Positions 38,701-50,700 of a stretch of 64,000 nt of DNA are shown piece by piece; position 1 is the first letter of the stretch, and each line of letters begins with the position of its first letter. Source of the stretch: Hamiltosporidium tvaerminnensis FI-OER-3-3 (lineage: Eukaryota > Fungi > Microsporidia); contig CM061255.1 in the NCBI GenBank assembly GCA_022605425.2, forward strand, positions 62,001 through 126,000, given 5' to 3'. The notes below the pieces were generated by a model that worked only from the letters and a program-made list of their open reading frames with translations, searched no databases and was not told the origin of the DNA. The position numbers were made by a program, and so were the translations under genes.

Positions 38701-41700
38701 ACTTGTGTTTTTTATGCATTAAAACCTAGGTGAAATATTGCATAATGAATTGATGTAGTTTACTGAAAAATAATCTTAGTCTATAAAAGTACGTTTATTT
38801 TTCTTTAGTATGCCGGAATAGCTATATTAACAATGGTACTAGTAAAGTTTCAAATAATATTCAAAATCTTAAAGAATATATATTAGAGTGAAAAAATATT
38901 CAAATATTGAATCTTTTAGAATAGCAACAATTAATTAGAAGAATATAAGATTTTTTCAAGGTTTTTTAAAGATTTATCTTTAATTTTTGCAATAATCTAC
39001 TCGCAATCAGATATATTATGGAATTTTTCTGAAGATATTAAAGCGATTTTCATGCAAGCCCAAAACATTGTTTTTACAAAAAAACCATTTGATATTTTGT
39101 GATTTATCTATTATGTGCTGTGTGTGGTTTATGATATTTAAGCCCTCTTTCGAGCCAAAAGAAATTTAACTATGAAATGTGACCATCGGGTAATATCTAC
39201 TTCCATATAATGTTATTACAGTAAATAGCCATATTAAAATACCAAGGTCTTGGTTTGATCATAAATGATTTCTTTGCATTAGTTGAGCTGTAAAAAGCAT
39301 TTTAAAAACCCTGAAATGAATTAAAACATTATTTACGTCCATTAAATTGACATTTTTGCTGAACCAAAAAATTATGGAAATTTTGCTTTCATTATTTCTG
39401 AGATATTTTGTATACTGATTTAGAAACAATTTAATTAGAATTATACATTATACTGAAAAAAAATGTATAGTTTATACATTTTTTAAAATTTGTTATTTAC
39501 AGAAGTAATGATGTGGTATATCTGTTTTTTAAAAATTTTTTTTATCATTGGTGTACTTCTTCAGAGAAAAAAATGTTTTTCAAGCATTTAGATTTATTAA
39601 AGTACTGTTTCGACCGAGATTTTTTCGTTTGTAGATTTGAGTCGGTTTGAGGTGACAATACAAATAAATTCCAATATATATATTCGTTTAATTTATTAGT
39701 TAAAAAATACTTTTAATCGTATTTTAATACTTGTGTCGCTTTCTAATTCGAATTTTTATATTTAAAAACATTTCCACTGTATTTTATATTTTTAACCAGT
39801 TGGATGATATATAGTGAATTTAAATTAATATATAAATAATTAAGTATATTTTAGCTAATCATAAGAATGCTTTTTATTATTCTCGGCTATTATATTTGCT
39901 CACGAAAAATGTTTATAAAAACTACAATTATGCCGAATAGATATTGTTTTCTATTTGCTACGAAAATATTCTATTGCTATTATTTTTTTGTATGATACAT
40001 TCCGACTTAAAAAACGACTTGGATTTTCTATACAAACATATTTGCTTATAATTTTATTTATAAAATCCTACATTGATTTTTTAGTGTCTTATATTTAAAA
40101 CCAATGCAAAAGCTTCTGAGAACCAAGAAAGTTAAGAAATTAGTTATAATTAAAATTTCTAGTTCTACAATAAGGATCTAATAAAAATTTTGTTAGAAAT
40201 GTTCTCGTGTTAGGGGAAAATTCGAAATTTAATCGGATGGTTTCTCTAGTTAGTTCTATCCGAAGCATATCAAACAAATTCAATGTATAGTTTTTTAAAA
40301 ACACTACATACGGAAACAAATTGTATGATGCCCAATAAAAACTTGATTTAAAAACCGATCGATTCGTTTCTCTTACGACTGAAATATTCTTTAAATTTTT
40401 CCATGTCATAATTTTCAAAAATTAGAAATCTTATGTTATTTATTGATTTATTCTAGACTGTTATTAAGAGCCCGGATGGTTTAAATATTAAGAATCTAAC
40501 CTGTTGAGATAGCCTTTATGTAAGAAATAAATCTATGCTGTTATTTTTGTATTCTATGTATATGCCAACAGTAAAAACAACGAAACGAGTATTTTAATCA
40601 TCTGAATGTTTCTTGTGATGGGTTTTTATAGGTTTGATAATTATAAGAAATTATAAAATATGATCGAATTTGATACCTTTAAGTTTAGAAAACTTGACTT
40701 TTGCCTTAATTTTAAGAATTATATGCCTTATTTATTGAGTTAACCTAGGCATCTAGCCATTAAAAATAAATTTATTTATTGCCTTGAAATTTCTTTAATT
40801 ATTGTAATCAAATATATATTATATGATAAATGGGGCTCCGAATATCTTTATAAGTCGATATAATGTTGTTTTGAGGCTTTAATTTCTTTTTTGTTTAATT
40901 TAAACTGCATGTTTCAAAAATAAAAATAACACTACAAATTCTGATGTAACACTAATGCTTATAAAATATATAGACTAAAAAAATGTTCGCAAACACACAC
41001 TTTTTTGGCAAAAAAACTCAAATAGCATAAAAATAAATATTTCTAAGTATAAGCAAATCAATGACACAATTTTGAACATATATTTGAATGTTAAATTTTT
41101 AGAAATTATTATTCTATGGAGTTATAATAAAATGTTCGTTAGATGAAGAAAATACACTCATTTGTGTTTTGAATCAATTGTTTCGGTAATTAATGATGTA
41201 GACATATTTATATAAACTTTTATAAAAAATGTGGTTTTAATTAAAGCCTCGGATTTTGGTGAGTATAAAAAATTTAAAATTACTCCTATACGCAGCATTT
41301 TACAAAATATATTTACAATGGAATATAAACAAACAAATAAAAAAATTGAACCATATAGATAATAGATAATTCGGACAAAATTTTCTAAATCAAACTTGAA
41401 ACTCTCATTTAATATAGTTTAAATATTGAATCAAAAAATTCTTACAAGTAATATAATAGCTGATGAAGGTAACATATATGCTTAGACTAATTTCTTTATC
41501 TTAAGGTTCTCATGAAATCTTGGCACTTTTAACAATATTTGATATGTTTTTTATTTTGGTTTCTATAGTTTATTATAAATAGGAATTGATTTAGTATGAA
41601 ATTTTTCTATTTATAGCGCTATGCATAAAAGAAATTCATTATGAATTTGAACCTTCCGTAATCATAATTCCATAACTATTACCTTAAATTTAGATCGTAA

Positions 41701-42407
41701 GAATGGGCAAAGTATCAAATTTTAGACATTAACTCAATATTTAATTGTCTAGTTAAATATATAAAATAAAAATCGTAATTTTAGAGAAAAAAGAAAAGTG
41801 GTTTAAATTAATATGTTCATGCTTTATATTGTATATATTTTTTTGAAAATAATCTTTGCAGCCTAATATTTTATACATCTAGTGTTTCATATATAAATAA
41901 TTTTCTCAATGATATTTTTGTAATAGCATGAGTGAAATTGACTGTTTAAAATACCTAATAAAATTTGGCTTGTTACGAAAATAAATTCGATATCAGGCAT
42001 TATTTTCGAACCCAGGAATATAAATTATACGATGAGTCTGATATAATAATTTTTTAAAACATGATAGTAGGTTTGTGATTGTTTAAACACTCAGATATCC
42101 ACTAGTATTCGGCGCCCTTTAAAATTTTATTATTTTATGAGAGTAATTTAAATGAGAAAAATGTACAATATAAACCTAGGGGAAATAATTAATATGTATT
42201 TTGAATTACTGCGTTTTTTAAATACGTCTATTATTCTTTTATAAGATAAATATTGTTACAATTATCTAAAAATAAAAAAATGTATGGCCATATATATTAT
42301 ATGTGAGGAATTAAAATGAATAAACTTTTTTTTTCCCAAAAATTGAACATATAAAAAAGTTGCGGTAAGCTTTTTTTTTCTTCTTAAAATTAAAAAGTGT
42401 GTTTGCG

Positions 42408-42626
42408 GCGGAGGAAGAATACCACACATAATACTATCTATGTGGCAACGAATGTGTAAATTTTTTTGAGAATTATTTTTGCATTTTACTTGAATAAAAC
42501 CCATATTTAAACTATATGTCAATCTCATGTAATCTTGAGTAACAAATTAAGGAAACAATTGGAAAACTTATATTTGTTCATCCACAACAGTAGGAGAAAA
42601 AACAACTGAAATTGTAAGCAAAAGTA
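42408..42626 (+). mobile_element. Family S short SINE-like element, copy 2 (degenerate)
   Basis: Head GCGGAGGAAGAATACCACACATAATACTATCTATGTGGCAACGAATGTGT, then GAATAAAACCC, TGTAATCTTGAGTAACA and AAAACTT..TTGTTC in the same order as in the other S copies. Confidence 0.6.
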
Positions 42627-43534
42627 TGTTTTTCGAGTTTTTCAATCGTCAAATTAATTCTAAGGTATCTATGTATAAAAAATGATAAATTTTAATCTTT
42701 CTATAGTGAACCCGTCGACTCGGCCATAAATATTAAAAAAAAGAGAGCTTTTTGCATTTTGTAATTAATTTACTTTATTCAATAGCGAAAAATGGTAACA
42801 AATATATTAATTTTATACTTTTTTAAATGTATCAAAGAAAAAAGAATTCTTTTAAACTATTATCTTATAAAAACTCTAAGCAAATTATATTGACAAAATA
42901 AAATTTGCAAAACGTTTTATGAATTACATTATAAAAGGAACCAAAAATCTATATTATGTTCTGAGAATTTTAAAAATTATTATTTATTTTCGTGGCAGTA
43001 TAGCTGCTTGTAAATGGTAATTTCTTTTAAATTTTTGTTTATAACCTTATAGTTTATATCTTTATCTATAAATATAATGAATTATTGTATATGTCTTACT
43101 CTATTATTTATAATCTTCATAATCTTTAATAATGTTTGTTCATTTTTATAGATTTGGAACTTTCAAAATTTAATTTATGCTATTGTTTTACCCGTGGACT
43201 CTAAAAACAATAAAATAGTTTATTGGTAGGTATTTCAAAAAATTCTGTTATAAAAAAACATATCTAATTTCCAATATGTCTTTTACTTTTATTTCGACAA
43301 AATTTATACAATATATTCTAGTTCGTATATTTGCTCATATTGTACACCGCATGTAATACGATTTAGCAATAAATTTTTAGTTTTTCTGTGATTTTTTCAA
43401 TTTTTACGATACAAATCTTTTTTTGTTGATAAACTAAAAATAATTTACAAACACAAGTAAATAGTATTAATTGAATAGATATCAAAGAAATTTTCGAGGT
43501 ATTTTAACAAAATATAAGAATTTTGTAATGTAAT

Positions 43535-44265
43535 TGGTGGAGGGAGGATAACCACATAAAAAACTTTCTGCTTGGCAATGAGTGTGTGAAACTGGTGTGA
43601 GATCATTGTTTGGATTTTTAGTGAGAATACAACCACACTACATCTTCGGTTGTTCCATGGGAGTTGTTATGAGGAGGAGAGGTCTAAGAAATGGAGAAAC
43701 TTTTTCTACGAATTTATTTGTAGTTTTTTATGTAACCAGATTGCAGACCGCAGCTGAACATGTAGGTAATTGCCATGTAAAAGCATGGAAACCTAGCCTT
43801 GCTCACTCGGGTTAGAAGACTTAGCGCCTGGGAGATATAAAAATAAAACCCATTAAAAGCCAGGAAAGCTAAGTAGCAGGTTATACCTGTTGGTATGACA
43901 TTGCACTGTCTAGGTGGACCCCATGTAAATCTCTGAAATATATCTTAGCTAGAAGTTTATTGGGTTCAGAAAGTGTAGAGTAAGTGGGAATGCTGCATAG
44001 TCTTGGGGGAGCCCAGGGGGGGCTTCGGCCTTCGATCACACTCCATGCAACGGACATTAACGAACTCCGGGCAACTGCCTCGCCTATTAATTAGGTTCTA
44101 CACACCTGGTAGATGAAAGGCTTTGGGACGTAGGTATCGCAGGGGTTACCGATGGAGTGTTGGGGTAGCAGTCATTTATGTTAAACCTAGAACTGCGTTA
44201 ATGTCATAAAAACAAATATAACACTTGCCACTATTTTAAAAAAGATGTGATACTTTTAAATAAAG
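43535..44265 (+). mobile_element. Family L structured non-coding retroposon, copy 5 (12-bp TSD; best-preserved copy)
   Basis: 731 bp from TGGTGGAGGGAGGATAACCAC to GTGATACTTTTAAATAAAG, flanked by TTGTAATGTAAT at 43523-43534 and 44266-44277. Confidence 0.93.
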
Positions 44266-45744
44266 TTGTAATGTAATAATATAGGGAAATATTACATTTT
44301 TTCTCTAAATGACGAACTTAAGAAAAGTTATATCCTTAAAAACTAAGTAAAAAAGATGTTATATAGGTTACTGGTAATTTGATTAAAAGAAAGCAATAAA
44401 TTGGTAAAATTTGTCTTATTAGTGTTAATTAGTAGAAATCACTACAAAAAATTCATTTATTAGTCTTTACTATATAATTCTTACTTATTTTATAAATGTG
44501 TTCTAAAATTTAATTCCCATATTGGTTTTTGAGAAATGCATTGCTACAATAATAAGAAAGGAACGCTAATAAAACCTAATGCAACTTCAAAAATTATTGT
44601 TCTTTATCCATTTAAAAATAATATTGATATTTAAAAATCCGGTATTGGATAAAGATTCAAATCCTATTATAGCTTATATTTAAAATGAAGTTCTAAAAAA
44701 AACATTTTTACTTTATTTAAAATTTTTCCCGAGGAATTTATAAAATTTAAAACTGTGTGTTATCGGATTTATATATAAGGAAATAATGTTTTGTTACAAA
44801 TGCAAAAAAAGTATATTTTAACTTTTAGCTAAATATGCACTTTATTAGAACCAGATTTTAGAATACAAGTTTCTGTATCATATACGCCATATAATTATCC
44901 ATAAAATTTCGAGGAATTACAAATTAACAGCCAAATTGATTCATATTAGTGTTTAATTAAGCCAACAATAAAACTTTGACCGGTGTTTGTAATCTCATTC
45001 TAAATAAAAAGTATTCATTTCAAAAATATTCCGTTAATTTGAATCTGTTGATAAAAAAAGTATTAAAGACTCACAAGAGCGTATTTGCCTATTTTCATAA
45101 TTTTGCAGACCAAAGTATGCTAACTATTTTAATTCTAATGGCAATGGGTTTCTTCTTTTATCAGTTTTCTTGACTTTTAATTATCTTATATAGTCTTTTG
45201 TAGCATATTTGGGCTCCGAATTAAAACATGGTCTTGATTTTAGTTTTATAATTTAGCTTAGATTTAGTGAATATATAAAAGTCAAGATAGATTATTTTCC
45301 AAAAAAAATCAATGCTATCTGTTACAAATATAAATTCTGTAATAAAAGCTATCGGTTGGAATTTGTTTGATGTTTTTCAGATTGTTAAAAAACTATAAGT
45401 TAGAATCGAACTTTATTTCTAGCGTATATTGTTTGCAGTGTCATTATTATTTTTTCTATCTTAATTTTTTTGTAACTTGTAGGAATTTGAAGCGAAGACT
45501 ATGTATGTGACGCACTTGGCTATACACTAGGTTTAAATGCAAATTTTGTGCTATATTTTTTAAAAAAATATGATGCATAAGGCAATAAGTTCATCATGTA
45601 TCTTGATAATACAGTTTTGTCTATATAAAAATAACAAAAGAATACTAATCAAACATCTGATATTTTTTAGATATTCAAAATATCTGTAAAAATATATATA
45701 CTAAGATTTGGAAATCTTTTAGCTTTATTTCTTTCATAATAAAC

Positions 45745-45915
45745 TTGAGGAAGGATAAACCCATAAAAAACTGTCGACTTGATAATTAGTGTGTGAAATT
45801 TATAACCAGATTCTAGTTAACATTCTGGTGGGATATAAATCACAATTGATTTTTATGCGAATTTCCTAAAATCCTGAGTTACAGCGCTTTAAAGAGACAA
45901 AACCAATATTTAAAG
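45745..45915 (+). mobile_element. Family S short SINE-like element, copy 3 (degenerate; 3' part not recognisable)
   Basis: GAGGAAGGATAAACCCATAAAAAACTGTC...AGTGTGTGAAA...GGTGGGATATAAATCACA...CCTAAAATCCTGAGTTACA. Confidence 0.65.
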
Positions 45916-47519
45916 ACATTTCAAAAGCTAATCATTGACATGAAATTTAGCTAGATTTATTAAACCTTAAAGTAATAACTTTGAAGAAACATTTGAAGAA
46001 CGTGTGAAATATATACTCATTTACATTGGAAATATGCTTTTATTATTCAGCAAACGCTGTAGGACACGTAACGACATTGTGGTCTGCGGCAGAATGTATT
46101 GGTGTCTATTTGTTCTTCTTTTACTTTGAGCGGTACGAGAAGACGTTAATCAAAAATCTGGAAAGTCATTATTTAACTAATTAAACTTGTGTGTAAGTTC
46201 AATTATATTTTAGTCATTTTAGAATTGCGAATTCGTAGATCGAAATAGATTTTGTATAATCCTACTACCTTGAAATTTTTTTTAATTCTATCTTTTTTTA
46301 TTCGTAGGTTTTCTAATCCATGGATATTTTTAGCAAATAGAATAGAGCAAAAATTGGAGTAAAATGATAAAAACATAATACATGCATTTTTAGAATATGT
46401 AAGCAATGTTTTTGAATTTTAAAAAATTAACGGCAAATGTGTATACTTCATTATGCTTTAGCTTGATTTGATTGATATTCTTTGTATCATCTACTTAGAT
46501 ATAACTCGTAGGCAGAGAGCTCAGTTTAAATGATTTCTTAACTTGTGCTTTTTTATTGTTATATTTTAATTTAAGTAATCTAAAGCACCAAATATTGGCT
46601 AGAAGCCCAAAAATGCGATTAAATCATATTATCTGGTCATTTGGTACTGTAGTGGTTTTTTTATTTGTATAGACTCTTTATGAATACGAAAAAATTTGAT
46701 CTTTATTGCAGAAACTAAATATAAACGAGCAGATTTTTGCGTACTTAGGCTACAATATTTATTCTTTTTTTTAAAAGAAAGTTAATATTAGTAAACAAAG
46801 CTTACAATATAAAATGGGTTTATTTGCTAAGAATCCAAGTATATTAAATATTTACTCAATAATGCAAAAAAATACTCAAAATTAAATAAATTCAATCTTA
46901 GAGTAAGCCTTTCTTATGGTTTTTTTACTTATAATTAAAATAGTATAAACTTTTTGTTACTTTTATATCAGTTTTTAACCTAAAACAGGTGTTCAAGTAT
47001 AGTTCAGTTGTAACTTCGTTTTATACAAACAAATGACTTTAGCTAAATTTGTTTTATTATAAATTTACAAATAATTAAATTTCGTAAGATTCTGAATTAT
47101 AATTTATTATAATTAACTATTTGTTTAAATAATACTAAATGTGTTATTATATTTTTCTACGAATTTTTGCGATTATTTGGACTATTAATTCTTGCAACCT
47201 ATATGCTATGTTATAAGTTGTTATATTAAAGTAATTAAATCGAGTCTAATTTATTCAGAGAACATTACTTTATACTATTAAGCTGTTTTTACAGAACAGA
47301 TTCATACATACCTATATCAGCGAATATTGTTGGTTTAGAAACACTTTTCTTGTTTTCGCTAACATGCTAGCATGGTTTTAAGCAATCTATTTTGCAATTT
47401 AGGTTAATCCAAATTTTTATCTCTAAAATATATAATATTATACAATAAATGGAACTATTAAAAAATGAAGTTTAGTATATAAGGTAGTTTAAATTTAGGT
47501 CTACTAATTTAATATATGA

Positions 47520-47751
47520 AGCCCACCATGCCGGGCAGAAATGTTTGGAGTATTCTCTGATTGTCGTAAGAGGCGACTAAAAGGGACCGGTCCTTCATTT
47601 CGGGGTTAGGCGTTGGGCTAACAACCCTTTAAAACTACCTTGTTATTAAACCCGAAAAGGTAAGCAAATCCACTGGAAAAAAACCAAGGGGTGGTATTAC
47701 TGAGGGGGGCCAAGGCTCTTATAGGGCTGTAGTGCCAAGGATTAATCAATA
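47520..47751 (+). mobile_element. Family R bipartite non-autonomous RTE derivative, copy 2 (14-bp TSD)
   Basis: Collinear with 28411-28648. TSD AATTTAATATATGA at 47506-47519 and 47752-47765. Confidence 0.92.
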
Positions 47752-50700
47752 AATTTAATATATGATGTGTATATTAAATTAAATAATGAATTTAAAAAAT
47801 TCATATGATTTTTAAAAAAAAAGAAATTTTTATAGAAAATGATAGAAAACAATAATTTTGAAATAATATATTATTTTCAAAGTAAACATCGAAAAGTTCT
47901 TTGAATAAATCGAAAGTTTTTTATCTCTGTTTAGGCGCTTTGAAAAAATTTCTGCGTCCAAACATATTTCTCAAATGCTAAGACACATACGTATACAGTT
48001 TTTAATACTTTAACAATCTCAACAAGATAAAATACAATGTTTTTTCTAAGTCGTGCTTTGAAAAATAAGTGTTTTAATTTTTATAATAAAACATACTATC
48101 TAAATAGAATGAAAAAAATGAAAATTTTATAAGATTTAGACTTACTGATGTGTTTTCAGAACGCTTAATTGTATTTAAGATGTCGATTCTATCAGCCAAA
48201 GTACATTGGCTATTAAAATTTAAATTCTATAATATTGTATGCTAAAAATTTGCTCGAAAATTGTAATATTAAAGATGCAAAGATAAAAAAATCAATCTTT
48301 ATCTTTACTAAAAATCTACGCGTTCGTGAATATATATTTGGCTTAAAATCATTGTCTTAAACAATTTATGGTTAACCAAAAAATTTCGTTTGTGTTTTTT
48401 AATCAAGAAAATACGTATTATTTAATAATATTATACAATTGAATTCATATGGTTTTAATAGTTATTTGCTAATTGTAAAAATCTCAGGTGGTAATAAATA
48501 TATGTGTCATATTTCGAAAACTGTTCATTTAATTTTAATATAAAGTTTTAATATCTATATCTATTTCATAGACAAACTTTATCTAAACAGGTAGAATTTT
48601 TCGCAATGCAAACATTGCGAGATGTTCAAAATCTTCTTAAAATATTTTTTTTTCTCAAAAACGTTTTCAGATCAAATATTAGTCTTTCATTTTCTCGTTT
48701 AATATAATTAAATCAAAATATATTTGAATAGTTGACATAGTATGAGCTTGCACATTGCAAAATTAAAACTTTAAGATTTCTTTTAAAAATTAAACATATA
48801 TTCTTAAAAAAACATCTCGACGTATAATTTTTGATTGAAGTTTATGTGTCTGTTTTTTTGAAATAAAGTATTCGCTATTTGGTATGAAGTCTAAAGCACA
48901 TTTCATCGATTTATTGATATATTTTTGGTTCATTTTTCTTTTTTTAAGAGAGATTTTAGTGAAAAGAAACTTAATATATGTTTGTATCGATACAGAAAGA
49001 GGATAGCACGAGCTTATTTTCTTTTTGAAATTTTAGCTCATAGGTCTTTCTATTCTATGAATAATTATTTAGATATTCTTGAAATTGCTTACGAGAACGC
49101 ACCGATGCTTGTAAATATTTTATAATAAAATGTTTGAAGCATTATTTAGTCATGGCTATAATGTAAGATTTATGAAACAGAAAAGCCATACTAAATATAG
49201 GAATATTTTGGAAATAAGAAATGATACGAGGCTTATAAAGAGTAAAATTTACTTAATCTGTAATGTAAAGTCTTTTTAAATCTCGAGATTTTTTTGCTAA
49301 TATTCCTTCTTTTGTTCCAAATTTTGCTTTACACTTGCAAAATTTTATTTTTTGGATCTGTAATGAGCATCATATTCCTATAAACTTGTTTTTAGGAATA
49401 AGTTCTTTGGCCCGATGTCCGACTTTTCTTTTTGTTCAAGATACAATTAGCAGCTGATAATATCTGTAGAATATATTTTTGTGTGATTTCGATTTAGAGT
49501 TTACTGGTTTCTCGATTTTCGATACAATACTAATGAAGAGGAAAATATATTGTTTTAATTCTAGGCTTAAATATCCTAAATTCGGGTACTTTTTTGTATT
49601 CAAATGGATTTGATGAATATTATAAGAAATTATTGAAGTAAAAAAATGTTTATTTACATTCCAAAATCGGGGATACTTGAAATTTATTGCTATAAATTAA
49701 TTTTGCTAAATTAAACACAACAAATAAATCATATATAGCAGACCAAATCCTATATATTCCAATAACGATCGTTTCGGTTATAGTTTACCTTTGGTTCTGT
49801 TAAGACAAATACATTTTGTTTCGTCCAGAGGAATTTTGTGTCTTTTTTTGTGTTGTAATATGTATAGGATTTTTATAGTAAATTTATACGGTTCGATTAA
49901 AATAAATTTCGTTATTTTTTGGCTTAAGTTATGAAACTAGTAAGTATGAAAATCTATGGTTCTATCTTTACCTCGTTTAATTTGTTAAGTAGATACGATT
50001 CCTGAATATATATAAATAATTACTGAAAAATAAATATATTTATATAACTTTTATGTTTTCTTATTCTAAGAAAATTTCATAAATTTTGAAAATAGGCTTA
50101 TTATATAATAAATGAATCTTTTGCATCTTAAAAGCATGTTTTTCTTTACTTTTTTAGCATTTATCATATTTTTATTTCAATGTTATATATGTTTGTGTTT
50201 TGAAAGAGAAGTATTTGTGAATTTAGAATGTAAATACTACATAGAAATGAATTTAGATGGTTTATTTTCTAAGTTTAAAAGGCTATTAACAATAACTTAA
50301 GTTCATAAATGTATTTTGATTAGAATATTCTGTGTATCTTGTTTTTTGGCGTTAACTTCGAATAACGACTCTTCTTAGTTGTAAAAATAAGTTTAATAAC
50401 ATATTTTTGAAAATGGCACTTTGTATCTTAAAATAATTTCTAACCAGATATTTCCCAGAGATTGGAAAGTTTTTATGTTCTTCTTAAATTTGTACTATAA
50501 AAATATTTCTTTCAATCCTTATATATTGTTTTTTAAAATAGATTCAGTTGTGTATAAAATTTTCATATGTATTTGGAAAATCAAAATATGTACAATATTT
50601 CATCTATTGGTTTTATAAGGCGACGGTGAGTCAAATATTTGCTCAATAATTTAGTCGTTTTTTTAAAAAAATAGGTTTTAACATAGATTCCTTATTGTTG

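Noticed and set aside
43537-43566. Resemblance of the L head to a preQ1-I riboswitch (short stem followed by AUAAAAAACU)
   Set aside because: The ligand-binding loop residues are absent and the context is a eukaryotic repeat. Only the pseudoknot/A-tract architecture is similar.
43570-43615. Hammerhead-like GCAATGAG-TGTGT-GAAAC in the L head (would suggest a Penelope/retrozyme element)
   Set aside because: The CUGANGA core is not matched, stems I and II cannot form, and GAAAC is not kept in several copies.
48601-48620. Hairpin TCGCAATG-CAAA-CATTGCGA
   Set aside because: An isolated 8-bp stem with no second copy or context. Expected occasionally in 64 kb.
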